Assembly: GCA_040954595.2 (NCBI GenBank)
Contig: CM082580.2
Location: 12,104,909 to 12,168,908 of the forward strand
Source of the DNA: Balanoglossus misakiensis
Lineage: Eukaryota > Animalia > Hemichordata
Direction of reading: 5' to 3'
Length of the DNA: 64,000 nt
Part shown: piece by piece, positions 1-11,217 of the stretch
How the letters are laid out: every line of letters begins with the position of its first letter
How positions within the stretch are numbered: position 1 is the first letter of the stretch
The notes under the pieces: generated by a model
What the model saw: only the letters and a program-made list of their open reading frames with translations
Databases searched by the model: none
What the model was told of the DNA's origin: nothing
Made by a program: the position numbers and the translations under genes

Positions 1-526
1 ACTTGTGCTGATGGCTCACAATGTCCAGACGGCTCCACATGTTGCAAACTATCATCTGGTGAATATGGCTGCTGCCCTCTACCATCTGTAAGTGTATTTC
101 GCTGTTGTTTATTCATTTGAATGTGATAGCCTTGATGTGAACTTTCAAACTGACATATTTTGTCAAAGAACTTTGGAACTTTTATTCAAAGACCAAAAGA
201 CCAAAAGCAGTGCCTGTTAATAGCAAATCTTGTGGTGATAAAAAATAGCACTCATATCGTTTAATCTTGAGCCAGGTATGACGTATAGCTGCACGTGTAC
301 AAGTGTTCCTGATGCTATGTACAGTACCAATGACCAGTGAAGACTGTGTCATCAATAATGACATGCCCATGTTTGCCATGTTGACGTCACCCATTTTTCT
401 GTTTTCATCAACCAGGCCGTCTGCTGTGATGACGGGGTACACTGCTGCCCCAATGGTTACAAATGTAACACACAACAAGGAACCTGTGAGAAAGCAGACT
501 TTGTTTCCATGGTAACCCTCGTATAG
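1..526 (+). CDS. GRN: Progranulin (granulin precursor), 3' end only: exons <1-87 and 416-526
   Basis: Exon 1-87 reads [29 protein letters not shown] (donor gtaagt at 88). Exon 416-526 reads [36 protein letters not shown]. Together they give the 12-Cys granulin module split across a phase-0 intron, as in progranulin genes. Confidence 0.92.
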
Positions 527-2351
527 ATCTGAGGTTTTTCAGCAGCATGCTGTTGCACAAGATGGATGTCTACTTTCTGTATAAAATGTTTTTGTGGAAG
601 AAACAGAAAATAATCACGAAATTAATGCCGAGATTTACGTTTTTGATCCAGAACAATTTCTGATACACAAGTTTGCACACAGTGTTACAGGAAATAGTGT
701 GACTGTTGCTTCTTAGTTTCATTCTCATTTTCAATGTGAGATTCTTGTTTGTATTGACTGATAGAGACTTAATTTGTTTACAGAGTACCAGCTATACAAT
801 CTCATCAGCCCCTTTTAGCATCAAACTGTGAAACCCTGTAGAATAAATACACTCGGTTTCAGTTTTCACAGACTAGCTTCACAGTGGTGATATTTTCTTA
901 AATATTGAACAGTTGTCTGGGCATTCAGTTCTGTGTAATGATTTCATGCTCATAATGTGAGTCGCCGTAAACTCTGATTTATACCTTTCTAATGAACACA
1001 CAGAGTACATGAAAAAGAATCTTTTAGCGTACAATGGTGCAATATTTATTAATCAATGTTGACCACCCTTCTATGAAAATTGTATAGTTCGTGCAGTGTT
1101 GGTTTCAATCACCCAGATACCATCTTGTACAGCTAAGCACCACATCACATCTTACCTCCTAACAGTACGAAAAAGTGTTGACGAAGTCCTTGTTCTGGAT
1201 CAAAATCAAAACAATTAGGCTCACTCTGATGTGAATAATAATTTCTCTCGTGTTTTGACTTCATGATTTTGAGTCCAGTATTTGTATATCAGAGGGACCA
1301 TTTTTTTTATACATTAGGAAAATTGTGTGTGATGTAATTGTACTACTTGCACTAAGAAATGTAGACAAGAGCTGGCAGTTGGCAATAACAACCAGCTGCT
1401 TTGCCTTGTCTCGTCTCGTCAAAGGAGCACTCACTTCGATTCTTCTCCATTCCATTATTTGTACTTTTGTCTAATTCCATCATGCACTTTTTGAATTTTT
1501 CCCCTCTTGTTAATTCTTAGTTTTCTATACTCAAGTACTGTCTTTTAGCTATCTTTCTTTCAGAAATAGTCATGAACCCATATCAGTGTCATTTGTAGAG
1601 AAATCCATCGTGTCCTGTACTTTTTTGTTGCTTTTTTATCTTTTTTTTTTGAACAAAAATTAATATAATTACAGCCATTTGTTAGTCAGTTTTGAGCAAT
1701 AAAGACGAATTGAGATACATAATTGCACCAATTCAAAACTTTAAAAAATGACTTTATTTTCATGGGCAATATAGATATTTTACACAGAAATAAATCAGTG
1801 AATCAATCGGTCTGATTTCTGTGGAATATATACAATATTTTAAAATCATATTGGTATTTCAGTCACGGCTGATGTGTTCAACCTCTGTCGCCATCATTTT
1901 GAAAACTTTTTTTTTCTATCTTAAAAATGACTTCAAAGGCTTGGTAACCATGTAAAACATTCAATAACCAATAAGGAAGGGGGTAGGTGTTCCATTTGCT
2001 TCGAACAAGCAGAAACATGGGCTGAGAGACTGCTGGTGCAAAATCCGTGTGAACTTGTGATTGGCACATTCCATCCTTTTAGAAGATTCCACGGGAGGTA
2101 GTTTCAAAAGCTCAACCCAAGGTAGCCCCTTTGTCCGTGTTGTTGTTTTTCGACGCAATTTCTCACGCACACACAGCACGACTCTAACCTTCCCAGATAA
2201 ATATAATTGTTTGGTGAGACAGGAGGTTGGGTTTTTTGTCAACTGGCATTAATCGTCACCCTTGATGTGACAGGTGACACGTGCATCAGTCTACACGCCC
2301 GTCAACATTACAGCTAGATTACAACTGAAGACTCGTTAACAGTAATTAATT

Positions 2352-2388
2352 AATTGACTGGTTTGACTGACTGATTGGTTGTTTTGTG

Positions 2389-2422
<34 letters not shown>

Positions 2423-2467
2423 TATTTATTTATTTATTGGTTGGTAGGTTGGTTGGTTGATTGATTA

Positions 2468-2506
<39 letters not shown>

Positions 2507-2557
2507 AGTCGGTCGTTCGGTTCGGTGGCTGGTTATTTCAAGTTGGTTGGTTGGTTG
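2352..2557. repeat. Compound tetranucleotide microsatellite (TTGA)n/(TTTA)n/(TTGG)n
   Basis: Directly visible tandem runs such as gattgattgattga and ttggttggttgg. Confidence 0.9.
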
Positions 2558-3426
2558 AGTGGATGAGCTTGTGTTTATTAGTACGATCTGATACTGCTTG
2601 TATTCCACAATATCTATAAGTTCCCACCGTCTTTCGATGTACAGTATCAATTTTTCTGTTGCGAACGAGAAGAAAAAAGGTCATGACAGACTGACAGTCA
2701 GACATGCAAGAAAAGAAGATTTAGCATGACAACCTACGAGGAGTATTAAGCCGTCAGCATGCTGTGCATAGTTTGCCCAAAGTGCTATTGTCATGCATGG
2801 ATGGACAAACAACACGACTAATTGGATTCCCCACTATTCGGTTTACAAAGTTGGGTGTTTGATGTTTTGATTTAAGGATACAATTCTTAGAGCTTGCCTG
2901 GACACACACATTTCTTTTATAATCGGTGCAACTACGGCCAGCTATTCATGCTGTTTACGTCCCGATGATGTTCGTCCCAATTTAGCATCAGCATTGGCCA
3001 AACTTTCTTTTGAAATTGTTGAATTGGAAAAAGTAATATACTATGAAAAGCCGTGTCACCTGTAATTATTTTGTTTCTTCCATTGGAGAGAGCTTAGTTT
3101 GAGAGATCTACATAGGGTTGTTGATTTCAATGAGTTCAGCCAGGTATTTGAACTGATGGGAAGGGCAGCCGAGTTTTTGTCTGGTAAACTATATAGAGTA
3201 GGGCATTCTTGTAGTCCAGTTCGACAGAAGGACCTTGAAGTTGGCATATTCAGTCTGTGAAGGTTCATTAGACCCTGACCGTATAAATAGCATTACACAG
3301 GGGCTTCACTTTTATATAAACGTTTGCAGTTTATTATTAAGCAATTAATTTGTATAAAATGAATGACAGTCTCTAACTATTTACAGATTGATTGATAGAC
3401 CGGTATTTCAACTTTGTCGGGTGCAC

Positions 3427-3678
3427 AATAGGCTACTTTCATGACCCTTATATGACCTTTCATCCTTGTACTTCCGTTGGTATGGGAATTTAACATTTTT
3501 GGGCAAGAAACGTGTAAAATGTTGCTTGAAACAGACGCGTTTTTGTAATTCAGTACACAATTTATTGACTACGCTTGCAATTACAGAGTTTATGTCGAGG
3601 ATTTAGTAAACTCGATGGATTCATACCAACGGAAGTACGAGGATGTAAGGTCATTTAGAGGTCATGAAAATGGCTATT
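3427..3678. mobile_element. MITE-like non-autonomous DNA element (~250 bp) with ~57-bp imperfect terminal inverted repeats
   Basis: The left end aataggctactttcatgacccttatatgacctttcatccttgtacttccgttggtatg matches the reverse complement of the right end cataccaacggaagtacgaggatgtaaggtcatttagaggtcatgaaaatggctatt. A related fragment lies at ~16166-16218. Confidence 0.8.
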
Positions 3679-4194
3679 CAATCTTCTGGTATACTATGAC
3701 GTACTGATACATGAAGGCCTATATGATAGACTTCAAAAACACATGTTACATTTGTCATCCACTAAAAACATTTAATCTGTACAGTTAATAGAATTCATAT
3801 ATACTTTTGCAACTATTTCCCAATTTCTACAGTTTCATAACAGTAATTATAATTTCAGCAATATTTACATTTACAAATCATATACAAAATGTATTATAAG
3901 AATGTCTGTTATTACTCAATGTCGTTAAATAATGCTCTGTAAAGAGACACCTATAATATCAACAAGAGTTAATACTTTGCTTATAAAAAACAGCTCTGGG
4001 CAGTAAATATTTCCAACGAGATTATTACAATGTCCGGTTTTATCTCGTTTAATAAATATGTGATAAACCTCCTCTCGCGAAGGGAAACGCTGCGCATGTG
4101 TATAAGGACATCCGGGAGTTTGCTCCTCACTTCCGGTGCTCAGGATGTTCTTATGCTTCGATACCAAGCCTCATGCTTCTTGGTATTTGTTCTT

Positions 4195-4286
4195 TCACGT
4201 AAAAGCTTGACAACGCATTTGATCAAAGTCGGTCCAGAATCGCCACTCCAGTTCATCACTGCAACGCAAAAAGGATTAATATTGTT

Positions 4287-4328
<42 letters not shown>

Positions 4329-4397
4329 GATAATGGTAGAGTCAGTGAGGTAAATGATTCATACAGTTGTCTTTTACATCATGTTAACATTATATAA

Positions 4398-4433
<36 letters not shown>

Positions 4434-7400
4434 ACCCACACACACACACACACACAGACACACACACACACACACACATATACATGCATACATGCATGCA
4501 TGCATGCATGCATAAAAATAAGTAAATAAATAAATAAGTAAACAAATAAATACTTACGATGAGTCATCGATCGGGGTTCTCATACAAACAAGCCCATCAT
4601 CGCAAGGACAGATGGTATTTATAGCGTACTCCATTCCACCTTCGGGGACATAACATTTTGCTCCAACAGTCAGTTTCGCCTTGCAAACAGATTCACCATG
4701 TTGTCTTGCACAACACATTCCCGCGTCACAGTCACGGTCATGTTTGCATCTTGCACCTGCGAAAGGAAGAAGATCAAATCGATATATTACACCAATCGGA
4801 CTTTTTCTGACGGTCAAAATAAATTCTGGTGGAACTTTTTTGATGTTAATAGAAAAATATGAGTAATCCAAAGCAAGCTATCTTGGCTGATGGAGACATA
4901 TATCGGCTGATTCAATGATACACCGAGACCACGTTTTTTTTCGTTGTCGCTGTTTTTATATCAAGTTAATTCTAATGTCGTCAATGTACAAATCCTCATA
5001 TTATATTGGATGACTCAGATAGAGGCCTGCACGAGCCCCAGATTAAGACGGGCGTTTCTTTCTTTTTAAGTTTACAATCTAATAACAAGAAGGTAAACTA
5101 ATTCTCCGAAAACCGTCTTAATTTTGCTTCGCGACATGCACACGCCGTATTCAAGTACCTGGGAGAGTTAAAATCATGGAAATATGGACTTTTTGTAAGC
5201 CTTTACAGGTTGAGTCACGGTATATTCTGGCATTCTTTTCAGACATTGGGCATAGTCTGCAGTGACCTATGACTAATGTGTCACCGCAATAGTCAAATTG
5301 CACCATCTAAAAACTGAAGCTTTATCTAATATTTTGTACTCAATAGCCATCATGCCAGGAATAATTTGAAGTGAACGTATATTAGTATTTAATGCACTGT
5401 CACGAGAATTTGACTTTTTTTAATAATAATATCAGTCCTTGCATGGCCGAATTTCTACAATCATTCAACAATTTCCGAGTCTGAGTCATCGATACATTGG
5501 ACGTTACAAGACACCGACGTGATGATTTGGACTCGTTAACATTAAAATCAAATTTCGGTTTCGATTTTATTGGCTATTGATATGTATGAAGTCGCGCTAC
5601 TGTCCAGTCTTGCATAAAATTCATGACGACCAATTTGCATCTCTTCAGTACAGCCAGCTAGGCGATGAAAGTTGGCTAGAACAATTTGAACAGAGACAAA
5701 ATATCTGGATGGTACATGTAAGTCTATGCCTGTCACTATCTTGGGATGTGCGCAAGCATCTTCAGTTGATTTTTGCGATATTTAGCGACATATTGCACCA
5801 ATATGTGTTTCTTTCTCAGCGTATAATCGGTCTTGTTTCCTTAAGTATTTGAATACTCTTTGACGTTGGGCTCTCTCAATTCAGCGAATGTACTGTGAAG
5901 AGTACCATTGCTATTTTAAGTTTGCGCGCAGGTGTACGTCGACGCGTAAATGGCCCATTGACAAGGCGTGGGTCAAGTGCAGCGGAGTAATAATAGTGTT
6001 TCCACACTTGTGAAAATATTTTCACACCAAGACAATATAAGTGGGCACGTGTTGTTGAAGATAAACAAAGGCACTAATGTGGCTTTCACCATGCTTTCAC
6101 CAAACCGTTGTTTGAATATTGGCAGTTGATGAGCCCTCTGCCGTCTATAATTTGAAGACTGGTGCATTGTCACTCCAGAAACCGGTTTTCTTGCACCATC
6201 AAAATACAATGTGTATAATCACGCAAAGACAAGGTGAAACGGCAAACACTTACCCATGCTACCTGCTTTGAACGCCTTGACGCATTTGCCAAACATGCAA
6301 TCCTGTCCCTTTTGACAGTGGCCGTCCCTCCTGCACGGTTCGTTGGCTTTCTTATGCAGGCGACAATTACCATAGTGTCGATCACAATAACTTCCACGGC
6401 CACAAGACTTGTCATTCGTACACGGAGGCTGCAAAGAAAACAAATTGAATCAGTTAACTATAATTGTCGAGCCGTAAAAACAACTTAATCAAATTGGTAG
6501 CGTACGCATTAAATATGGCCCAACCAGTTTTATTTTTGTAAACAATTTACCAACTTATTCGCGTGCACAGACGATAGCTTGCGTTGGACAAGGATGTGTG
6601 CACATACAAATTTGACTCGTGCATCTAGCACTGAATCAGCCCACCAGTTATACACAGCCTGTTATTGCTGTCGTTGTGTAACTGAATATATTAATCTTAT
6701 TGGCGAAATCTTAGTTACAATATGATTAAACTAAAGTAAAACTGTCTCTCACTGGTGGAAGATTTCGCCTTAGAACGTTCCAATCTAACTTCGTTCTGAT
6801 GGTAATTTTATCAGACTGCTATGTACATTAGTGGCACTCTCCTCTTGTCAAGTGATGTTTCATAACAAACAAATGTTTCTCAGTCAAGAAGCATATAGCG
6901 TGCGAAGAAATAACCATATTAAACGCGTAGACTGCGAAAAGGTGGGGGTCAAGAGCAAATAGTAGTTGTTGGACAGTGTTATTCATCACTGCGGTTTGGT
7001 GGGTTTTTTTTATCAAATGTTAAACGGAAAATTACACTAGGGGGTAACATAGGAATAATGTCTTTGCCGAAAGAAAGAAAAAAATACGTAAATCGTATCG
7101 AAAAACAAAATCCGAGACGAGGGATATGTTCATGTGAACCCTGTCACAGGGAGGAATTGAGACCACGTAATGTAATTTTGCTATCAGTTTTCTGACGATA
7201 TACCAAGATTGCATGTTTATCAGCAACGAATGACATGTTCCAGGTCGCTTTCGCTGACCCCTTCTGTTGGGGCCGGTACGACACGCTGATTTGCTCAGCG
7301 GGTTGCCATGCCAACCAATTAGAATGACAACTCGAGAAGAAAGCAGAGCCATCTTGATGAAATCAAGAATCTCGTCCAGGAAAGGGATACTGCGTTACTG

Positions 7401-8779
7401 ATGTAGGTGGTCGGCTGCTTTATCTCTGCCACGTTGCTTCTTGCCCTGAAGAACGAGAACTCTGACTTGACAGGTCTGGGGTGACACTTCTATGTAATTA
7501 CCACCGACTGTTTGGAGAAGGCTAGGGGTGGGGGTGGGGGTGGGAGTGTAGTGTGCCTTTGAATCGGTCATAATGGAGACGAAGCTGTCACAACTATCCA
7601 CACACAACCATAGAGAATGCATTTTCACACTTTGTGAACTAGAAAGAAACCCAACACTCGGGATTCTGTATTCTGAAACAAACTACTGCTATATAGAAGA
7701 ATTGTGGATATTTCACGCGAGAGAAGGCGAACTATATATATTATATGTGTTTGGGTTTCAACCGTGGAGTTTGCATTTTTAGCGGTTTCCGGTTCATCGG
7801 TTCAGTGCAGTGATATGTCTATTGGGGGATTTAGCTTTCATGATTAGAAAAGAGGGGGTGTTAGCTTCAATGGCGAAAGTGTCAGGATTAGTGCCGCGGT
7901 GTCATTTCTTAAGAAATTCCCAGGTACTATAATAAGAACAAGGTTGGTCTTTTATTCCTCACAGACACCGAAGCGTCTTCTGGGGAACCTGGCTATCAAT
8001 CCAGAGAGCTGAATAAACTCAAACGTGGGATACATCTCAACTATTTCAAGTCAAAATGTTCGCTTTTACCACAGTCGCCCTCTATTTACGTGTAATAGAG
8101 GGACTACGGTGCCCTAACGTTGCAGCCGCACTTTTTCCACGGTGCGTAACTCGGTAGCCAAACAATTAAAATTCTTGCTCAGTACGACGTCCAGAGCTAT
8201 GCAGCACTTAAACTTAGTTCAGCCTGTCAACTGGTTTGACAGACAACCGCAGACGTCTCAAACTATAAACGACACAGCAGTGTGTTACATTTAAAATCCG
8301 TGCCCTCTGGATTAAAGGTTAAGCGAAAAAAGGATTACAGAAAGTTCACTTCACTGATCAAGGTATGCGGAGTAGACGCGTAGGCAGTGCGTGGGTGACA
8401 GTAATGGCCCGCAGAATGGGTCGGTACTTGGGAGGAGCACTCATTATCACACGTGTACCGTTCGGTTTAGAAGCCAATAAAGAGCACGTGTTGTATAGTT
8501 TCATCGTGTTGACACGTGCACTTGTTGTTAAAGGGGTTGCTGGTTCGGAGAAAGATGATGGGGGAAACACGAATTTTCAAATCTCACCTTGTTTAGTTCT
8601 GTGTCGTTCAAATTGGCTGAATTCCTCACTCTTTGCAAATTCCTGGGATGGTTTGACATATCCGGACCGTCTTCCGACGCCGGCGGGTAGGGGCCGCTCC
8701 ACATCCAGCTCCAAATGTACGCGTCGCATACCCCAAGCACGGTCAGAAGTAGAAGGAAAATTCTAAGTCCGTTTGCCAT
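4195..8779 (-). CDS. DKK3: Dickkopf-family secreted Wnt modulator, Dkk3-like (209 aa). Exons 8779-8588, 6428-6254, 4756-4558, 4258-4195
   Basis: Signal peptide MANGLRIFLLLLTVLGVCDA. CRD1 is CTNDKSCGRGSYC...CRRDGHCQKGQDCMFGKC. A 12-aa linker leads to the colipase-fold CRD2 CKHDRDCDAGMCCARQHGESVC...CPCDDGLVC...C. GT-AG sites are canonical with phases 0/1/2 and the exons total 630 nt. The short inter-CRD linker is the Dkk3 rather than Dkk1/2/4 hallmark. Confidence 0.85.
4282..4329. repeat. (TTG)n microsatellite in Dkk intron 3
   Basis: Directly visible; gives the poly-Leu artefact ORF 4030-4353. Confidence 0.95.
4401..4512. repeat. (CA)n followed by (CATG)n microsatellite in Dkk intron 3
   Basis: Directly visible. 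Confidence 0.95.
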
Positions 8780-11116
8780 TACTTTTTCGCGTTAAGAAAA
8801 GTGCGATTTCTCCGAGTTCCAGACTAGGTTGCAACTGTTCCGTAATTCACCGTGTCTCTCGTGCGAATGGACAGCGACAATTGGCAGCGATAATGTGGTG
8901 GCTGTTTTTACTTATCACACAATAGCAATAATGAAGATTGGCAGCCGTCAATGTGTCAATCAAGTTATTGCCCAATCATGTTAAGCACCGGACAATCAGC
9001 CATCAATCACCGTCATCATTAGCGTCTGATTGTTGACGCTTGTAATCATCGGGGCGTGCAGGTTTCTGAAGGAGCGCAACTTGAAAAACCTGTTTGCAAA
9101 ATCCGCAAAAATTCTGGCGACTTGCCCAATAACAAATTACATGCTCAACATGATGTTTATGTGATTCAAAGAGCCACCAGAGTTCTAAATAGGGGTCAAA
9201 GACAAAAAAGAATGCAGATACATGAAGTTTATCTTAATTATCAAATTTGTACATTCCCCGAGTGCGGTATGCAAATTCTTTTTCGACGCTGCTATGAAAC
9301 TATCAAGAACGTGCAAAACAGTCTCACACAGGTGGACATTGTTGAGTGAAACCCTTTTGTTTAGCTTTGTATTGGACGCTGAATTACTTCTCCTCCCGTT
9401 CCGTCCCATGCATTCACAAACCATTGTAAACAAGCACATCAACAATACGTGTTCATTAACTTCCAAAACGTACCTACTAACAGCAGGACGCAGGGTACGA
9501 GCAGACTCCAAAATAGCTGCCTGTCCTAGTAATTAGACGCCCTCATTTAAAGAACAGTTAATGCTTTAGGCTGTTTGTCCCTACAATCGGCTTTAGGTGC
9601 ACCATGCGTAGTTTCACCGCATGCTCTGGTTTAAAGGAATTTTTCTCAGTCACCAGAATCAATTTGAACCTGATCATTTTACCAATTGACATCTCCTTCC
9701 AGAAGTAGAAGAGCCTGGATAGCCAAGACAAGAAACCCCACAAATTTGCAATGTGTCCAAGGTGGACTCAAACTTTTATCGTGTGGCTTCTACATTCAAT
9801 TTGTATTAACTTCGTGTGTGGACATACAATACTTTTATTTAATATACGTACTTTTATTTAATAATAAAATATATCTTTACTTCTTGATATCTCGCTCAGA
9901 ACTTTGTCAAATGGAAGGACAGGCGCTCGTATAACTACACAGAATCTGGAGACAGATTTGAACCACGGGCTGCAGAGAAGGGGGGCTGGAGGGAGGTAAG
10001 GGGAGACGGTTAGAGAGCATAGATAGACAGGACACAGACGGAGATGAAGCAAAGGCAGACAGAGGCAAAGAGAAGAATGTGAGAAGGAAGCGGGAGGTAC
10101 AGACGAGATAAAACGACGACAGACGACTGACAATACACAGTCTAGACCCCGTGCTAGACAGCCAGCCAGACGTATATGGACGAGTCTGGGGCCTACAGAA
10201 TAATTTGCATTTAGAAAAAAAGCGTACGGAGTTATCATGAATTGTTCCGAACTCAATCTTCAACAAATCTTACAAATTCTGAAACTGATATTACTATGTC
10301 ATAAATTTTGTCACAAGCTTTAAGAATTGTTTAAAAGTATGACCATCAGTGTACATTCATAAAATTGCAAATGTTTTAGTGCCTTAGAACTTATCTGCCT
10401 CAGCTGCAGTTTCAAGTATCAGGCGTGTCGAAAATAATATCCTAAAATTATTCTTTACAGTAATGTGGTTGAATGAATGATTCAACGCGAATATACTGTA
10501 GTTGGCAGCAGATAATTAAATTTGCTCACAATCTAGTTAAATCATCCCTACGAAGGTTGGTATTGATGAAAGCCAGTATATGCAAGCGGACGTCTCTAGC
10601 TATCGGAATTAACAGTTTATGCAGTGAAACAACTGGCGCCAAATAAATAGATGTAATTAAATGAATTATTTAAATAGGAAGACAGCATTCGAGTTCGACG
10701 TTCTCTGTTGGATAGGCTAAAGTGCAAAAGAACGTTATGATAGGAAGTATAAGCACATATTGGCCTATAGAGAGAAATACGTTAATTTAGACTTATAAGG
10801 AAATGGTAATGGTGATTTTATCAAGTCGGTATAATATACTTTATACAACGATAGGGCGGTTTACTACCCGCCCCGAATTCACGTTGAAGGTAGCCGCAGA
10901 GATGCAATTTTTGAGAGAATCTTTCCGTCTTGCATGTTGTTGCATAATTCTGACACTTCATTGAAATAAACCGAATGCTCTAGTTGATTATCGTCTTTAA
11001 TTGTTGTTATTTCTGTAAGGTTTTGAAGACTAAATATACAGTAATTGATTATCAGTTGTGAATAATACATACATGCTATGTGCCCCAAGAATTGGTACTT
11101 TTGGTTCAAAACGTCG

Positions 11117-11189
11117 TCGCTAGGAGGCGCTTTACTCCCACAATCCCAAGAGAATAAAAATGGCGACCTCCATGGTTTTTGTTCTGTGA
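11117..11189 (+). promoter_or_regulatory. MED16 proximal promoter/5' leader: CTCF-like site, YY1-type aaaatggcg and a 9-codon uORF (11160-11189)
   Basis: tcgctaggaggcgct at 11117 and aaaatggcg at 11157. The uORF ATGGCGACCTCCATGGTTTTTGTTCTGTGA ends 28 nt before the MED16 ATG. Function is inferred from motif similarity only. Confidence 0.4.
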
Positions 11190-11217
11190 AGCCTTATACA
11201 CTCATAAACACGGAAAT

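Noticed and set aside
4030-4567. ORFs with poly-Leu and VC repeats
   Set aside because: Translations of (TTG)n and (CA)n microsatellites.
7525-7543. (GGGGT)n G-quadruplex motif in Dkk intron 1
   Set aside because: Real but short simple repeat with no evidence of function.
8079-8102. 9-bp inverted repeat ccctctatt/aatagaggg
   Set aside because: Too short and isolated to call as an element.
9056-10266. Several 60-130 aa ORFs between Dkk3 and MED16
   Set aside because: No recognisable domains. They overlap on both strands and partly derive from a purine-rich low-complexity tract at 9975-10140.
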